Assembly: GCA_963665095.1 (NCBI GenBank) | Contig: OY762069.1 | Location: 4,672,001-4,736,000 of the forward strand | DNA: 64,000 bases | Reading direction: 5' to 3' | Source of the DNA: an uncultured Desulfobacter sp. | Lineage (GTDB): Bacteria; Desulfobacterota; Desulfobacteria; Desulfobacterales; Desulfobacteraceae | Shown here: positions 8,996-18,670 of the stretch, in pieces | How the letters are laid out: the number at the start of each line of letters is the position of its first letter | Numbering within the stretch: position 1 is the first letter of the stretch | Translations under genes and position numbers: made by a program | The notes under the pieces: model-generated | The model's database searches: none | What the model saw: only the letters and a program-made list of their open reading frames with translations | Told to the model about the DNA's origin: nothing

Positions 8996-11900
8996 TCGTC
9001 TCTGATACTGCTGTCAAAAACAGAATCTCTGTGATGGTTCTGATCCTTATTATCATTGTTACAGGGCTTTACACCTATATATCCCTGCCCAGGGAAAGCT
9101 CTCCGGATATCACCATCCCCTATGTGTTTGTTCAGACCAATTACAGAGGTGTGTCTGCCGCTGATATTGAAACCGCTATTACCATAAAAATAGAAAAAAA
9201 ACTCAAAGGCCTTGATAAGGTAAAAAATATATCTTCCGTCTCGTCCCAGGGCTTATCCCAGATCAATATTGAATTTCTGCCCGGTACAGATATTGATGAG
9301 GTATTAACCAGGGTTAAAGACAAGGTGGATGAAGCTAAAAATGATCTGCCCACAGACCTTGAAAACGATCCGTCTGTATTTGAGGTGAACTTTTCAGATA
9401 TGCCCATTGTGGTCTATTCCCTGGCGGGTGAGGCAGGTCCCAGACTGCTGAAAAAAATAGCTGATGACCTTAAGGATGACATTGAGGCAATTCCCGGGGT
9501 TCTTGAGGTGGATGTCACTGGTGGCCAGGAGCGTGAAATCCGTATAGAAGTGGATACGGATAAACTGGCGTATTACAGGATACCCATTACCAGTCTTCAA
9601 AGTGCGGTGGTTACGGAAAATCAGAATACATCCGGGGGCGCTATCACGCTTGGAGACGGCAGATACCAGCTTAAAGTGCCTGGTGAGTTTGATACCCCGG
9701 AGGAAATTCTTTCCCTGGTGGTGGCCACACACAACGGCCGACCCATTTATCTCAAAGATGTGGCAAAAGTGCTGGACGGGGTTAAGGATGAGATATCAAA
9801 ATCCCGTCTGGACGGGATAAACGCCATCAATCTTTCAGTGAAAAAACGGGCGGGTGAGAATGTTATTAAAATATCAGACAGAATAGATGATGTTGTCAGC
9901 AAAGCCAGTGCCACCTTTCCCAAAGGCACCACCATCACCAAGCTCATGAACAATTCAAAGGAGATCCGGGCCATGGTGGCGGACCTGGAAAACAATATCA
10001 TCTCTGGACTGATCCTTGTTGTTGTTGTGCTGTTTGCCGCCCTGGGAATCAGAAATGCATTTCTTGTGGGCCTTGCCATCCCATTTTCCATGTTTCTCTC
10101 ATTCACTGTGCTTTATGCCCTGGATATCACCTTGAATATGGTGGTGCTTTTTTCCCTGACTCTGGCCCTTGGCATGCTGGTGGACAACGCCATTGTCATC
10201 ATTGAAAATGTTTACAGATTCATGCAGCAGGGGATGCCAAGAATTGATGCGGCCATGAAAGCAACATCGGAAGTGGCATGGCCCGTGATCGGGTCAACTC
10301 TGACCACCCTTGCCGCCTTTTTCCCCATGATTTTCTGGCCCGGTATCATGGGTGAATTCATGAGTTTTCTGCCCATCACCCTGATCGTGACCTTAAGTTC
10401 CTCTCTGTTTGTGGCTCTGGTGATTAATCCTGCCATGTGCGCCTTTTTCATGCGGGTCAAAGCAGACAACAAAATTACGGCGTCAGGTCAGGGCCAGGAT
10501 ATTGAATCATCATGTGAAAAGCCCATAGAGATTAAAGGCATAATACTTAAAACCTATGAAAAAATTTTAACCGGTTCACTGAACCATAAGGTCTTTGTAC
10601 TTATTACCTCCTTTGGACTACTTATATTCCTGTGGCAGATCTGGATGCTGCGCATCGGCATAGAAAAGCCGTTGGAATTTTTCCCGGCCATTGACCCAAG
10701 ATCTGCCTATGTAAATATTGATACGCCAGAAGGAGCTGATCTGGATTATATCGACCATGTTGTCATGGAGGTGGAAAAAGCTGTTGCAGGGCGATCTGAT
10801 GCCCCTTACCAAAAGGCATTAGCCCTGCAGGATCATGAACGTGCCGACGGAACAAAATTTTTAGCACCTTCTGATATCAATAACATTGAACACATCTATA
10901 CCCGGGCGGTTCAAAACGCAGGAGCATCCATTTTTGATTCCAACCTGCCCAATCACATCGGGATTCAGTTTATTGATTTTGAAGACAGGAAAAGTACGGT
11001 TAAGGCGGATCTGGAAAAAATCCGGCAGCGGGTGGCACATATCCCGGGCGTTAAAATAACTGTGGATGAATTAAAAGAAGGTCCACCCACAGGACCGCCC
11101 ATTAATATTGAAATTTCAGGCGACAGTTTTTCCGTATTAAGCCGGATTTCAGAACAGATTAAAAAAATTGTGGAACAGGTGCCCCATGTCAAGGATATCC
11201 GGGATAATTACCAGGGAGGTCTTCCCAGTATTCAGGTGATCATAGACCGGCAGCGGGCAGCGCTTTTCGGGCTGACCACCTCCGCAATCGGAACAGCCCT
11301 TAAAATCGCTTATAACGGCCTGGATGTCTCCACCTATTATGAGGGAGATGAAGATTATGATATCACAGTGACCCTGGCAGAATCTGACCGCAGGGTCACA
11401 GATATTCTGCATAAGCTGATGATTCCGTCTCCCATGGGACAGATGGTGCCTTTAACCACCCTTGCACGAATCGAATATAAAGGGACCCTCGGGGATATTG
11501 TCCGAAAAAACCACGAGCGGGTGGTAACGGTACAGGCCAATGTGGATGAAACCAGAATAACCGGCAGTGTGGCCCGGATGCAGGTCATGGAGCTGATGAA
11601 AAACATGAACCTTCCGGCAGGGTACAGTTATAAGTTCACCGGGGAAGATGAAGAACAGCAGCAGGCCCAGCAATTTTTATCCAAAGCCTTTATAATTGCC
11701 CTGTTTTTGATTTTCTTAATTCTTGTCACCATGTTTAATTCCGTAATTCAGCCGGTAATTATTCTGACATCCGTAATATTATCTCTTGGCGGTGCCTTCT
11801 GGGGACTTTTTGTAATCAAGTCTCCTTTTGGTGTGATTATGACAGGGGTAGGCATTATTTCCCTGGCCGGGGTGGTGGTCAACAATGCCATTGTACTGAT

Positions 11901-12270
11901 TGACTACACAAATAAACTGCGCAGGGCAGGTTTTGAATTGAGACAGGCAGTGATTGCTGCCGGGGCCACCCGTCTTCGTCCTGTCATTTTAACGGCTTTT
12001 ACAACGATATTAGGACTTTTACCCATGGTGACAGGGGTATCCTATGATTTCCATGTCATGGCTGTTTCCTGGACATCAGAATCCAGTCAATACTGGCGAT
12101 CCATGGCCATTGTTGTGATTTTTGGACTGATGATTGCCACAGTCCTGACCTTAGTAGTGGTACCAAGCCTTTTTACATTGATTGAAGAGACAAAGAAAAA
12201 ATTTATTTTTTATATTTCTTTTTTACATGAAAAAAATCCCATACGGCCCAGGGGATTAGAACAGCGCTGA
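8992..12270 (+). CDS. RND efflux permease (AcrB/AcrD/AcrF family)
   Basis: 1092 aa, GMLVDNAIVIIEN and RLRPVILTAFTT motifs. Confidence 0.95.
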   Translation: MIVSDTAVKNRISVMVLILIIIVTGLYTYISLPRESSPDITIPYVFVQTNYRGVSAADIETAITIKIEKKLKGLDKVKNISSVSSQGLSQINIEFLPGTDIDEVLTRVKDKVDEAKNDLPTDLENDPSVFEVNFSDMPIVVYSLAGEAGPRLLKKIADDLKDDIEAIPGVLEVDVTGGQEREIRIEVDTDKLAYYRIPITSLQSAVVTENQNTSGGAITLGDGRYQLKVPGEFDTPEEILSLVVATHNGRPIYLKDVAKVLDGVKDEISKSRLDGINAINLSVKKRAGENVIKISDRIDDVVSKASATFPKGTTITKLMNNSKEIRAMVADLENNIISGLILVVVVLFAALGIRNAFLVGLAIPFSMFLSFTVLYALDITLNMVVLFSLTLALGMLVDNAIVIIENVYRFMQQGMPRIDAAMKATSEVAWPVIGSTLTTLAAFFPMIFWPGIMGEFMSFLPITLIVTLSSSLFVALVINPAMCAFFMRVKADNKITASGQGQDIESSCEKPIEIKGIILKTYEKILTGSLNHKVFVLITSFGLLIFLWQIWMLRIGIEKPLEFFPAIDPRSAYVNIDTPEGADLDYIDHVVMEVEKAVAGRSDAPYQKALALQDHERADGTKFLAPSDINNIEHIYTRAVQNAGASIFDSNLPNHIGIQFIDFEDRKSTVKADLEKIRQRVAHIPGVKITVDELKEGPPTGPPINIEISGDSFSVLSRISEQIKKIVEQVPHVKDIRDNYQGGLPSIQVIIDRQRAALFGLTTSAIGTALKIAYNGLDVSTYYEGDEDYDITVTLAESDRRVTDILHKLMIPSPMGQMVPLTTLARIEYKGTLGDIVRKNHERVVTVQANVDETRITGSVARMQVMELMKNMNLPAGYSYKFTGEDEEQQQAQQFLSKAFIIALFLIFLILVTMFNSVIQPVIILTSVILSLGGAFWGLFVIKSPFGVIMTGVGIISLAGVVVNNAIVLIDYTNKLRRAGFELRQAVIAAGATRLRPVILTAFTTILGLLPMVTGVSYDFHVMAVSWTSESSQYWRSMAIVVIFGLMIATVLTLVVVPSLFTLIEETKKKFIFYISFLHEKNPIRPRGLEQR

Positions 12271-12427
12271 GAACCTGATTGAACAGCGCATGTTCAGCCA
12301 TATCAGGATCTGAAGTCAACCATCCGTCCCAAAAGCACCAGAGACCAAAAAATAAAAGCAGAAACGTAAATACATAAGGGCTCATTTTAGGAGGTTTTGG
12401 TGTTTTACCCGTATCATTATCTGCCAT
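12203..12427 (-). CDS. Small two-TM membrane protein
   Basis: AGGAG RBS before ATG 12427; two hydrophobic segments (GLWCFWDGW...). Confidence 0.7.
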   Translation of the reverse strand: MADNDTGKTPKPPKMSPYVFTFLLLFFGLWCFWDGWLTSDPDMAEHALFNQVLSAVLIPWAVWDFFHVKKKYKK

Positions 12428-12627
12428 CTGTTTCGTTTCTCCTTTTTTTGAAATCAAATTATCATCAACGGTGAAAGTATTATTAAATATATATAAAAAA
12501 ATAATAACAATAATAATGACAGTCTAAATGTTTATAACATAGATAACCAAATGATTTTTAATAATAAAATATACCTTTTTGTGCTGAAAAATCCTCTTAA
12601 AAAATATTAATAAAACGTCTATTTTAG

Positions 12628-12660
12628 CCAGATCTGTTTTCAGGTTAAAAACAGATCTGG
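12628..12660 (-). terminator. Probable terminator hairpin after the RdgC-like pair
   Basis: Inverted repeat CCAGATCTGTTTT / AAAACAGATCTGG just downstream of the 12678 stop. Confidence 0.55.
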
Positions 12661-12677
12661 TTTTCAACATATTCTGA

Positions 12678-13208
12678 TCATGCATGTATCCAGGTCTTAA
12701 TATCCTGAAAATCTGAAGTATTCCAATTATCTGCAATTCTTTTTTCTATATATTTTAAAAACAGGGTGTCAATAACTTTCATAACTTTCATGATTAAAAA
12801 GGTTTTTTCCAGTATCAGACCCTCTATTTCATCCTCTGATGATGAAGTATCTATGGTCGGGGTTTTTAAACCGGTGATATTAAAACTCTCCCCTTTGATG
12901 GAGAACTTGTACTCTTCCTCTCCAATTTTACACAAAAGGTTCATATCTGTGACCCAGGCGCCTTTTTTAAGGGCTGTGGTGCCTTCCTCCAGGCCTGCCT
13001 GATCCCCTTTTATGGTGATCTTTTCCTTTGATTTATCACCCAGATTGTTTTCCAGGCTGATGGAATTTCCAATTTCCAGATTCACCACATCCTTTGATCC
13101 TGAAAGGGCGGTAATATCCTGTCCGGTTGCAATGAGATACCAGATCCATGTGAGAAACTCATTACCAAGAAACCCGTATTTATTATAAGCGGTGGCAATA
13201 TCCAGCAT
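12678..13208 (-). CDS. RdgC-related protein (second gene of the pair)
   Basis: FLGNEFLTWIWY motif; directly follows the RdgC-like gene with a 2-bp gap. Confidence 0.65.
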   Translation of the reverse strand: MLDIATAYNKYGFLGNEFLTWIWYLIATGQDITALSGSKDVVNLEIGNSISLENNLGDKSKEKITIKGDQAGLEEGTTALKKGAWVTDMNLLCKIGEEEYKFSIKGESFNITGLKTPTIDTSSSEDEIEGLILEKTFLIMKVMKVIDTLFLKYIEKRIADNWNTSDFQDIKTWIHA

Positions 13209-13210
13209 GA

Positions 13211-13828
13211 TTAATTTCCTTTTATCTTCAAGGGCGCCAGGGCAAGTACCCGGTCCTTTTTGTTGTCTGTAAAACTGCCAAGCTTTTCCACTAAGGTATA
13301 GGGAAATATCCTGATGGGCCTGTGGTTAAAAGATTTGTAAAAAAGCGTTTCAAACAGCTCATTGGCCGCTTTCTGGGTGGAGAATAAAATAAGATGTTTA
13401 TCTTCATAATCCCATAACACGTCATAAATATTGGGAATAAACGGCGTTTTATGCAGCAGTATATCTACGACCATCTCTTTGATTTCCGCTTTTTCGTTTT
13501 TAGAAATAAAGCTGCGGCCGCTCTCTTTTTTCTTTTTCTCCGTTTCAATGGCCATATGTTTTTGAATAAGTTTGGCCGGAATGGATTTTTTATCAATGCG
13601 CAGGGAAAAGGCAAAATAGGTGCCGAATGTAAATGACGCAGAATCGAAATCCGGGGTATACGGGGTTTCAAGCGGGGTCCATCCAACAGATATTTCTTCA
13701 TATTCACTTTCAATTTCAGGGATGGCGTTTTCCTTAAGGCCCTGCAGAACACCTTCAGCAGTACCTTCCTGAAATTCGCCGTCAATGTAATACCGGCTGA
13801 TGGAATGGGTGGAGGATATCAATCCCAT
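13211..13828 (-). CDS. Recombination-associated RdgC-like protein (N-terminal part)
   Basis: SVGW...FSLRIDKKSIPAKLI...ISKNEKAEIKEMVVDILL pattern of the RdgC N-terminus; AGGAG RBS. Confidence 0.7.
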   Translation of the reverse strand: MGLISSTHSISRYYIDGEFQEGTAEGVLQGLKENAIPEIESEYEEISVGWTPLETPYTPDFDSASFTFGTYFAFSLRIDKKSIPAKLIQKHMAIETEKKKKESGRSFISKNEKAEIKEMVVDILLHKTPFIPNIYDVLWDYEDKHLILFSTQKAANELFETLFYKSFNHRPIRIFPYTLVEKLGSFTDNKKDRVLALAPLKIKGN

Positions 13829-13965
13829 AAAAATACTCCTTAATTTCATGTTAAACGGCTGTATGAGCCTTAGATTGGGTTCAAACAGCCGTTCTCAGTG
13901 TTAATTTTCTTTGAACATCAGGTAATGATGACCAAGAAAAACTAATGTAATAAATAAATCAAATA

Positions 13966-16077
13966 TTAATCAAGAAAATTCATCTTATATTTTTTCCAGA
14001 TATCAAGGGCAATGCATAATGGTTTTATCATGGGAACTGTATAAGTATGCAGTTTTCTGTCTGCCATAAACGTTCTGCACCGGTCCACATATTCTGAAAA
14101 ACCCCTGGGGGAAATAATCAGCGGTTTGGTCAGTTCCTGTTTAAGTTCCACCAGGCGTTCAGGCAGGTATTCGCTTAACAGGGGCACCTGCAGATAGATA
14201 GCTGCCATGATTACATCTGTGTTGGGATCTTTGTCCACAATGCGTATGGCTTCTAACAGCCGGTCATCCCGGCAGTTTCCAAAAAGATCAATGGGGTTGC
14301 TGCCCACGTTGCTTAATATATTATTTTTGACTGCCAGCTGGCCCTGGGTCAGATCTTTTTCAATAAGGGCCTGTATTCCAGCTTTGGTTTCAGGAGAAAA
14401 TTCAGCCAGGGTCATACCCTCTTCAGTCACCTGATCAGCCAGAAGAATACCGGCACCGCCGCCTACACTGACCACCGCAATCCGGTTCCCATGGGTCTGG
14501 GGCTGGCTGGTGAGAATGGATAATACATTGACTATAATTTTAGGATCTTCGGTGAGTTCTTCCACCAGATAAAACCCTGCCTGGTCACAGCAGGCCTTGA
14601 ATGCATCATGGGAACCGGCAAGAGACGCTGTGTGGGACAGTGCTGCCTGGGCCCCGCCCCCCATACCTCCTTTTATAATCATTACCGGTTTCTTTTTGGC
14701 TACCTCTTTTCCCACCTGAAGCAGTTTCAGGCCGTCAGCCACACCCTCCAGATAGATGGCAATGATTTTAATTCTATCGTCATCGCCCATATGGGAGAGG
14801 ATTTCAGGCACACCGCAGGTGGCGGCATTGCCGATGGAGACCCATTTTCCCAGGAACTGCCGGTCTGCTCCCAGCATTTCCAGCAGTTCAAGCCCAATGC
14901 CGCCGCTCTGGGAGATAACCCCCACACAATTGGAAGGGGTGACGGGAACCGACCGCTGTACCGGGATATAATTGGTGTTCAACCCTGAAAAATTATCAAT
15001 CACGCCCATACAGTTGGGCCCGATAAAGGCTACCTGGTAGGTTTCACTGATATGGATAAGCCGTTCTTCCAGATCTTTACGACCCATTTCAGCAAATCCG
15101 TCACTGAATATAATGGCGCCTTTGCCGCCTAATTTGCAGAACTGTTCAAATATATCCACTGTCTTTTCAGAACTTACGGCAAATACACAGACATCCGGCA
15201 CTTCAGGCAGCTCATCAAGGCTCTGGTAACAGGTGAGCCCGTGGATACTTTTCAATTTAGGGTGGACCGGATAGAGTTTTTTGATATTCATGCAGTTTTT
15301 AAGAATAACCCCGCCCTGGGTTCCGGGCCTGGATGCCCCGATAACTGCTACGGATTCGGCATTGAAAATAGCATCTACGCTTTTGCGTTTCCAGGGGCTG
15401 ATCTCTTTAAAGCTGGGGGATGTAAACTGCGGATCCTTGATAAGACGGGTATCCACAACTGCATATCCTTTGTCATAGACAATGACCGGATTCAGATCCA
15501 GTTCGCATATTTCCGGGTTTTCCGCCATTAGTTTTGACACTTGAATGGTCAAAGCGATAATGGCCTCCCGGTCATAGGACTGCCCCCGGAAACCATCAAG
15601 AACGACACCTGCCCGGGTATGTTCCAGCATCCGTTCCACATCCTTTCGTGTGAGTATGCCGATCCCGGGAGCGGCATCGGAAAACAGCTCCACAAAAATA
15701 CCGCCGATACCCACCATGGTGATAGGCCCGAATCCGGGATCCTGCCTGGCACCCACAAGAAGCTCAAAGCCTTTTTCCGCCATTTTCTGGACCAGAAGGC
15801 CCTCTTTCTCTTCCTTTGAAAAGCCACCCATTATTTTTTTGATGGATTGTACGGCAGATGCGACCTGATCCTTGTTTTTCAGGTTTAAGAGTACGGCGCC
15901 CTGATCGGATTTATGGATGATTTTATTTGATACGGCTTTGACAACCACTGGATATCCCATATCATCAGCGGTATTCAGGGCATCTTCCAGCGTATAGACC
16001 ACTCGTCCCTGGACCTGGATATTATATTGAGATAGGATGTTTGCGCTCTGTTCGAAGTCCAACTGATATTTATCCAC
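13966..16077 (-). CDS. ADP-forming acyl-CoA ligase, beta-alpha fusion (ATP-grasp + CoA-binding)
   Basis: GYPVVVK...HKSDQG, ELDLNP, then AVIGAS, GPNCMG, SQSGG and SHTASLAG (phospho-His). Confidence 0.9.
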   Translation of the reverse strand: MDKYQLDFEQSANILSQYNIQVQGRVVYTLEDALNTADDMGYPVVVKAVSNKIIHKSDQGAVLLNLKNKDQVASAVQSIKKIMGGFSKEEKEGLLVQKMAEKGFELLVGARQDPGFGPITMVGIGGIFVELFSDAAPGIGILTRKDVERMLEHTRAGVVLDGFRGQSYDREAIIALTIQVSKLMAENPEICELDLNPVIVYDKGYAVVDTRLIKDPQFTSPSFKEISPWKRKSVDAIFNAESVAVIGASRPGTQGGVILKNCMNIKKLYPVHPKLKSIHGLTCYQSLDELPEVPDVCVFAVSSEKTVDIFEQFCKLGGKGAIIFSDGFAEMGRKDLEERLIHISETYQVAFIGPNCMGVIDNFSGLNTNYIPVQRSVPVTPSNCVGVISQSGGIGLELLEMLGADRQFLGKWVSIGNAATCGVPEILSHMGDDDRIKIIAIYLEGVADGLKLLQVGKEVAKKKPVMIIKGGMGGGAQAALSHTASLAGSHDAFKACCDQAGFYLVEELTEDPKIIVNVLSILTSQPQTHGNRIAVVSVGGGAGILLADQVTEEGMTLAEFSPETKAGIQALIEKDLTQGQLAVKNNILSNVGSNPIDLFGNCRDDRLLEAIRIVDKDPNTDVIMAAIYLQVPLLSEYLPERLVELKQELTKPLIISPRGFSEYVDRCRTFMADRKLHTYTVPMIKPLCIALDIWKKYKMNFLD

Positions 16078-16107
16078 AGCAGTGTATCCTCCTTGTCAGG
16101 TTAACTT

Positions 16108-16180
16108 GTGTTTGAACGGCTCGAAGAGGAGCGCATGCTCCTCTTCGAGCCGTCCAAACCCCGAGGGGTAGTCCGAACAT
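16108..16180. repeat. Palindromic repeat with GTGTTTGAAC end (copy D)
   Basis: GTTTGAACGGCTCGAAGAGGAGC-GCAT-GCTCCTCTTCGAGCCGTCCAAAC near-perfect hairpin. Confidence 0.75.
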
Positions 16181-16197
16181 AGGGTTCAGTTTTATAG

Positions 16198-17199
16198 TTA
16201 ATTTTCTTGATACAGCTCTTCTTTAAGCATACAACAGGCAATTTTATAATGGGGAAATCCCTTTTCATCATAGGAAAGATTCCCCGGCTGAATCAGTTTA
16301 TTCATTATACAACCTTCGGGAATCTGCAAAGAGAAAAAATCAGTTTCGTTGATTTTAGGCCTGGGTACCAGGGTGTTGTCGATTATTTCATAGGAATGAA
16401 AGGGAAAGTCCTCACACAGGGGACACTGATATACCCGGCCGTTGGGGAAAATAAAGTAATTATCCGCGACATTGGCGGCACACTCGAAGGTGTCATCATG
16501 GGTGAGAAACACTTTGGGATAGGTAACAATAATGCCCTGCTGCGCAATTTTTTCAGCGGTGTCAGGAATTGTCCGGGTCCAGACCGATTTTGATACCTGA
16601 TGCCGGGCATTGGTATCTTCTGATTCCCCCCTGACGCCGACAACCTGAATAAAAAACCGGGAGATGCCAAGATGCTCCACCAGATCGGGCAGCATCTGCA
16701 CTTCGTGGATATTTTTTTCAGATACTGTATAGATCATGGAGCAGGAAAAACCTTTTTCAACTGCCCGTCTGATCCCGGACTGCACCGCATCAAAACAACC
16801 CTCTCCCCGGATGGCGTCATTTGTTTCACGGGTGGCGCCATCCAGTGAAAAGGATATAAAATCTACCTGATCCGGAGTGATCTTATCCAGTATATTGTGA
16901 AAAAGAAAACCGTTTGTATCAATGGTAATGGATTTAAACCCCATTGATTTGGCCATTGCAACGGCTTTATCCAGATCCGGGTGTAGGGTGGGTTCTCCCC
17001 CAAGAAAGATCAGATTTGTGGTTTCTGCTTTGTCTGAAAATATATTTAGCCAGTCCTGGATCGTATCTAAAGACAAGGTATTACTGCCGTGCTGTTCCCT
17101 GTTGATATAACAGTGGGCACAGTGAAGATTGCAGCGGGTCAATATATGAAAAAATAAATTGGCACTCTGCCTGGAAAATGCAACGGTCTGTTTTTTCAT
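16198..17199 (-). CDS. Radical SAM protein
   Basis: CNLHCAHC (CxxxCxxC), LGGEPTL, IDTNG, SLDG; Cys-rich SPASM-like C-terminus. Confidence 0.9.
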   Translation of the reverse strand: MKKQTVAFSRQSANLFFHILTRCNLHCAHCYINREQHGSNTLSLDTIQDWLNIFSDKAETTNLIFLGGEPTLHPDLDKAVAMAKSMGFKSITIDTNGFLFHNILDKITPDQVDFISFSLDGATRETNDAIRGEGCFDAVQSGIRRAVEKGFSCSMIYTVSEKNIHEVQMLPDLVEHLGISRFFIQVVGVRGESEDTNARHQVSKSVWTRTIPDTAEKIAQQGIIVTYPKVFLTHDDTFECAANVADNYFIFPNGRVYQCPLCEDFPFHSYEIIDNTLVPRPKINETDFFSLQIPEGCIMNKLIQPGNLSYDEKGFPHYKIACCMLKEELYQEN

Positions 17200-17200
17200 T

Positions 17201-18652
17201 TTATCCCATGCACTGCTTGGTGAAATTGGGATCAAAGGGGACCGGATAGGTGCCGTCAAAACAGGCCTTGCAGAAGTTTGCTTCAGGATCTTTTACGCCA
17301 GACGCCTCAAGCATCCCCTCAATGGAGAGATAGTGCAGGGAATCCAGCTCCAGAAATTCCGTGAGTTCATCAATGGGTTTCTGGGCGGCTATCAACTCCC
17401 CTTTGGATGAAAAATCAATGCCGTAGTAACACGGGAATTTATGGGGGGGGCAGGAGATACGCATATGTATTTTTTTGGCGCCAAGTTCCCGCAACGCCTT
17501 GACACGGGTTTTTGCGGTGGTGCCCCGGATGATGGAATCTTCAATGATAATGATATCTTTGCCTTTGATCAGTTCGCGTACGGGATTCAGTTTTACCCTT
17601 ACAGCAAAATCTCGCATGGACTGGGTGGGCTGGATAAAACTTCTACCCACATAATGGTTGCGTATCATACCCATTTCAAAGGGGATACCTGATTCAGCCG
17701 CGTAACCGATGGCGGCATAATTGCCTGAGTCGGGAAACGGCATGACCAGGTCTGCATCCACGTGGGATTCCTGGGCCAGGCGTTTTCCATGGGCTTTTCT
17801 CATTTCATAGACGTTTTTACCATCTATGGTGGAGTCAGGTCTGGCAAAATAGATATATTCAAAAATGCACAACGATTTACGGGTGGTTGCTTTGGGGTGT
17901 TTAATACTCTTGATACCGTCCTCATTGATGATGACAATTTCACCGGGATCCAGCTCCCGGATAAATTCCGCCTGGATCAGGTCAAAGGCACAGGTTTCCG
18001 ATGCCAGCACATAATGACCGTTGAGTTTTCCAAGGGCCAGGGGTCTGAACCCGTTGGGGTCTTTCATGCCGATGATTTCACCTTTACAGGTGAGCAGAAT
18101 CATGGAATAGGCCCCTTCCACCCTGGATGCGGCTTTGATAACAGCGGATTCATAGTCGCCTTTTACCAGGTTCTTGATAAACAGGTGCAGGAATACTTCG
18201 GAGTCCATGGTGGTCTGGAAGATGGAACCCTGCTCTTCAAGTTCCTCTCTGATAATATGGGCGTTCACCAGGTTGCCGTTATGTGCCAGGGCATAGGATC
18301 TGTGTCGGTGGTTGACCACAAAGGGCTGGGCATTGGCAAGAACCGAATCTCCGGTGGTGGAGTAGCGAACGTGACCGATGGCAGACCCGCCTTCAATACG
18401 TTCAAGATCATCCATATTAAAAATTTCAGGAACAAGACCCATGCCTTTATGGGAAAAGATATTGTTGTTATCTCCGCGGTTCACGGAGATGCCGGCACTT
18501 TCCTGACCTCTGTGCTGCAGGGCATAAAGACCAAAATAGGTGATTTTAGCCGCTTCCGGATGTTTATAAAGACCAAAGACACCACATTCATCTTTGGGGC
18601 GTTCACTTGGTGTAAAAATGGGGCATGTACAATCTGGGTGGATGGTATCCAT
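17201..18652 (-). CDS. purF: Amidophosphoribosyltransferase
   Basis: ECGVFG, LQHRGQESAG, GHVRYSTTG, IEDSIIRGTT PRPP loop. Confidence 0.97.
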   Translation of the reverse strand: MDTIHPDCTCPIFTPSERPKDECGVFGLYKHPEAAKITYFGLYALQHRGQESAGISVNRGDNNNIFSHKGMGLVPEIFNMDDLERIEGGSAIGHVRYSTTGDSVLANAQPFVVNHRHRSYALAHNGNLVNAHIIREELEEQGSIFQTTMDSEVFLHLFIKNLVKGDYESAVIKAASRVEGAYSMILLTCKGEIIGMKDPNGFRPLALGKLNGHYVLASETCAFDLIQAEFIRELDPGEIVIINEDGIKSIKHPKATTRKSLCIFEYIYFARPDSTIDGKNVYEMRKAHGKRLAQESHVDADLVMPFPDSGNYAAIGYAAESGIPFEMGMIRNHYVGRSFIQPTQSMRDFAVRVKLNPVRELIKGKDIIIIEDSIIRGTTAKTRVKALRELGAKKIHMRISCPPHKFPCYYGIDFSSKGELIAAQKPIDELTEFLELDSLHYLSIEGMLEASGVKDPEANFCKACFDGTYPVPFDPNFTKQCMG

Positions 18653-18670
18653 GTTTGGTTCTTCCAATCT

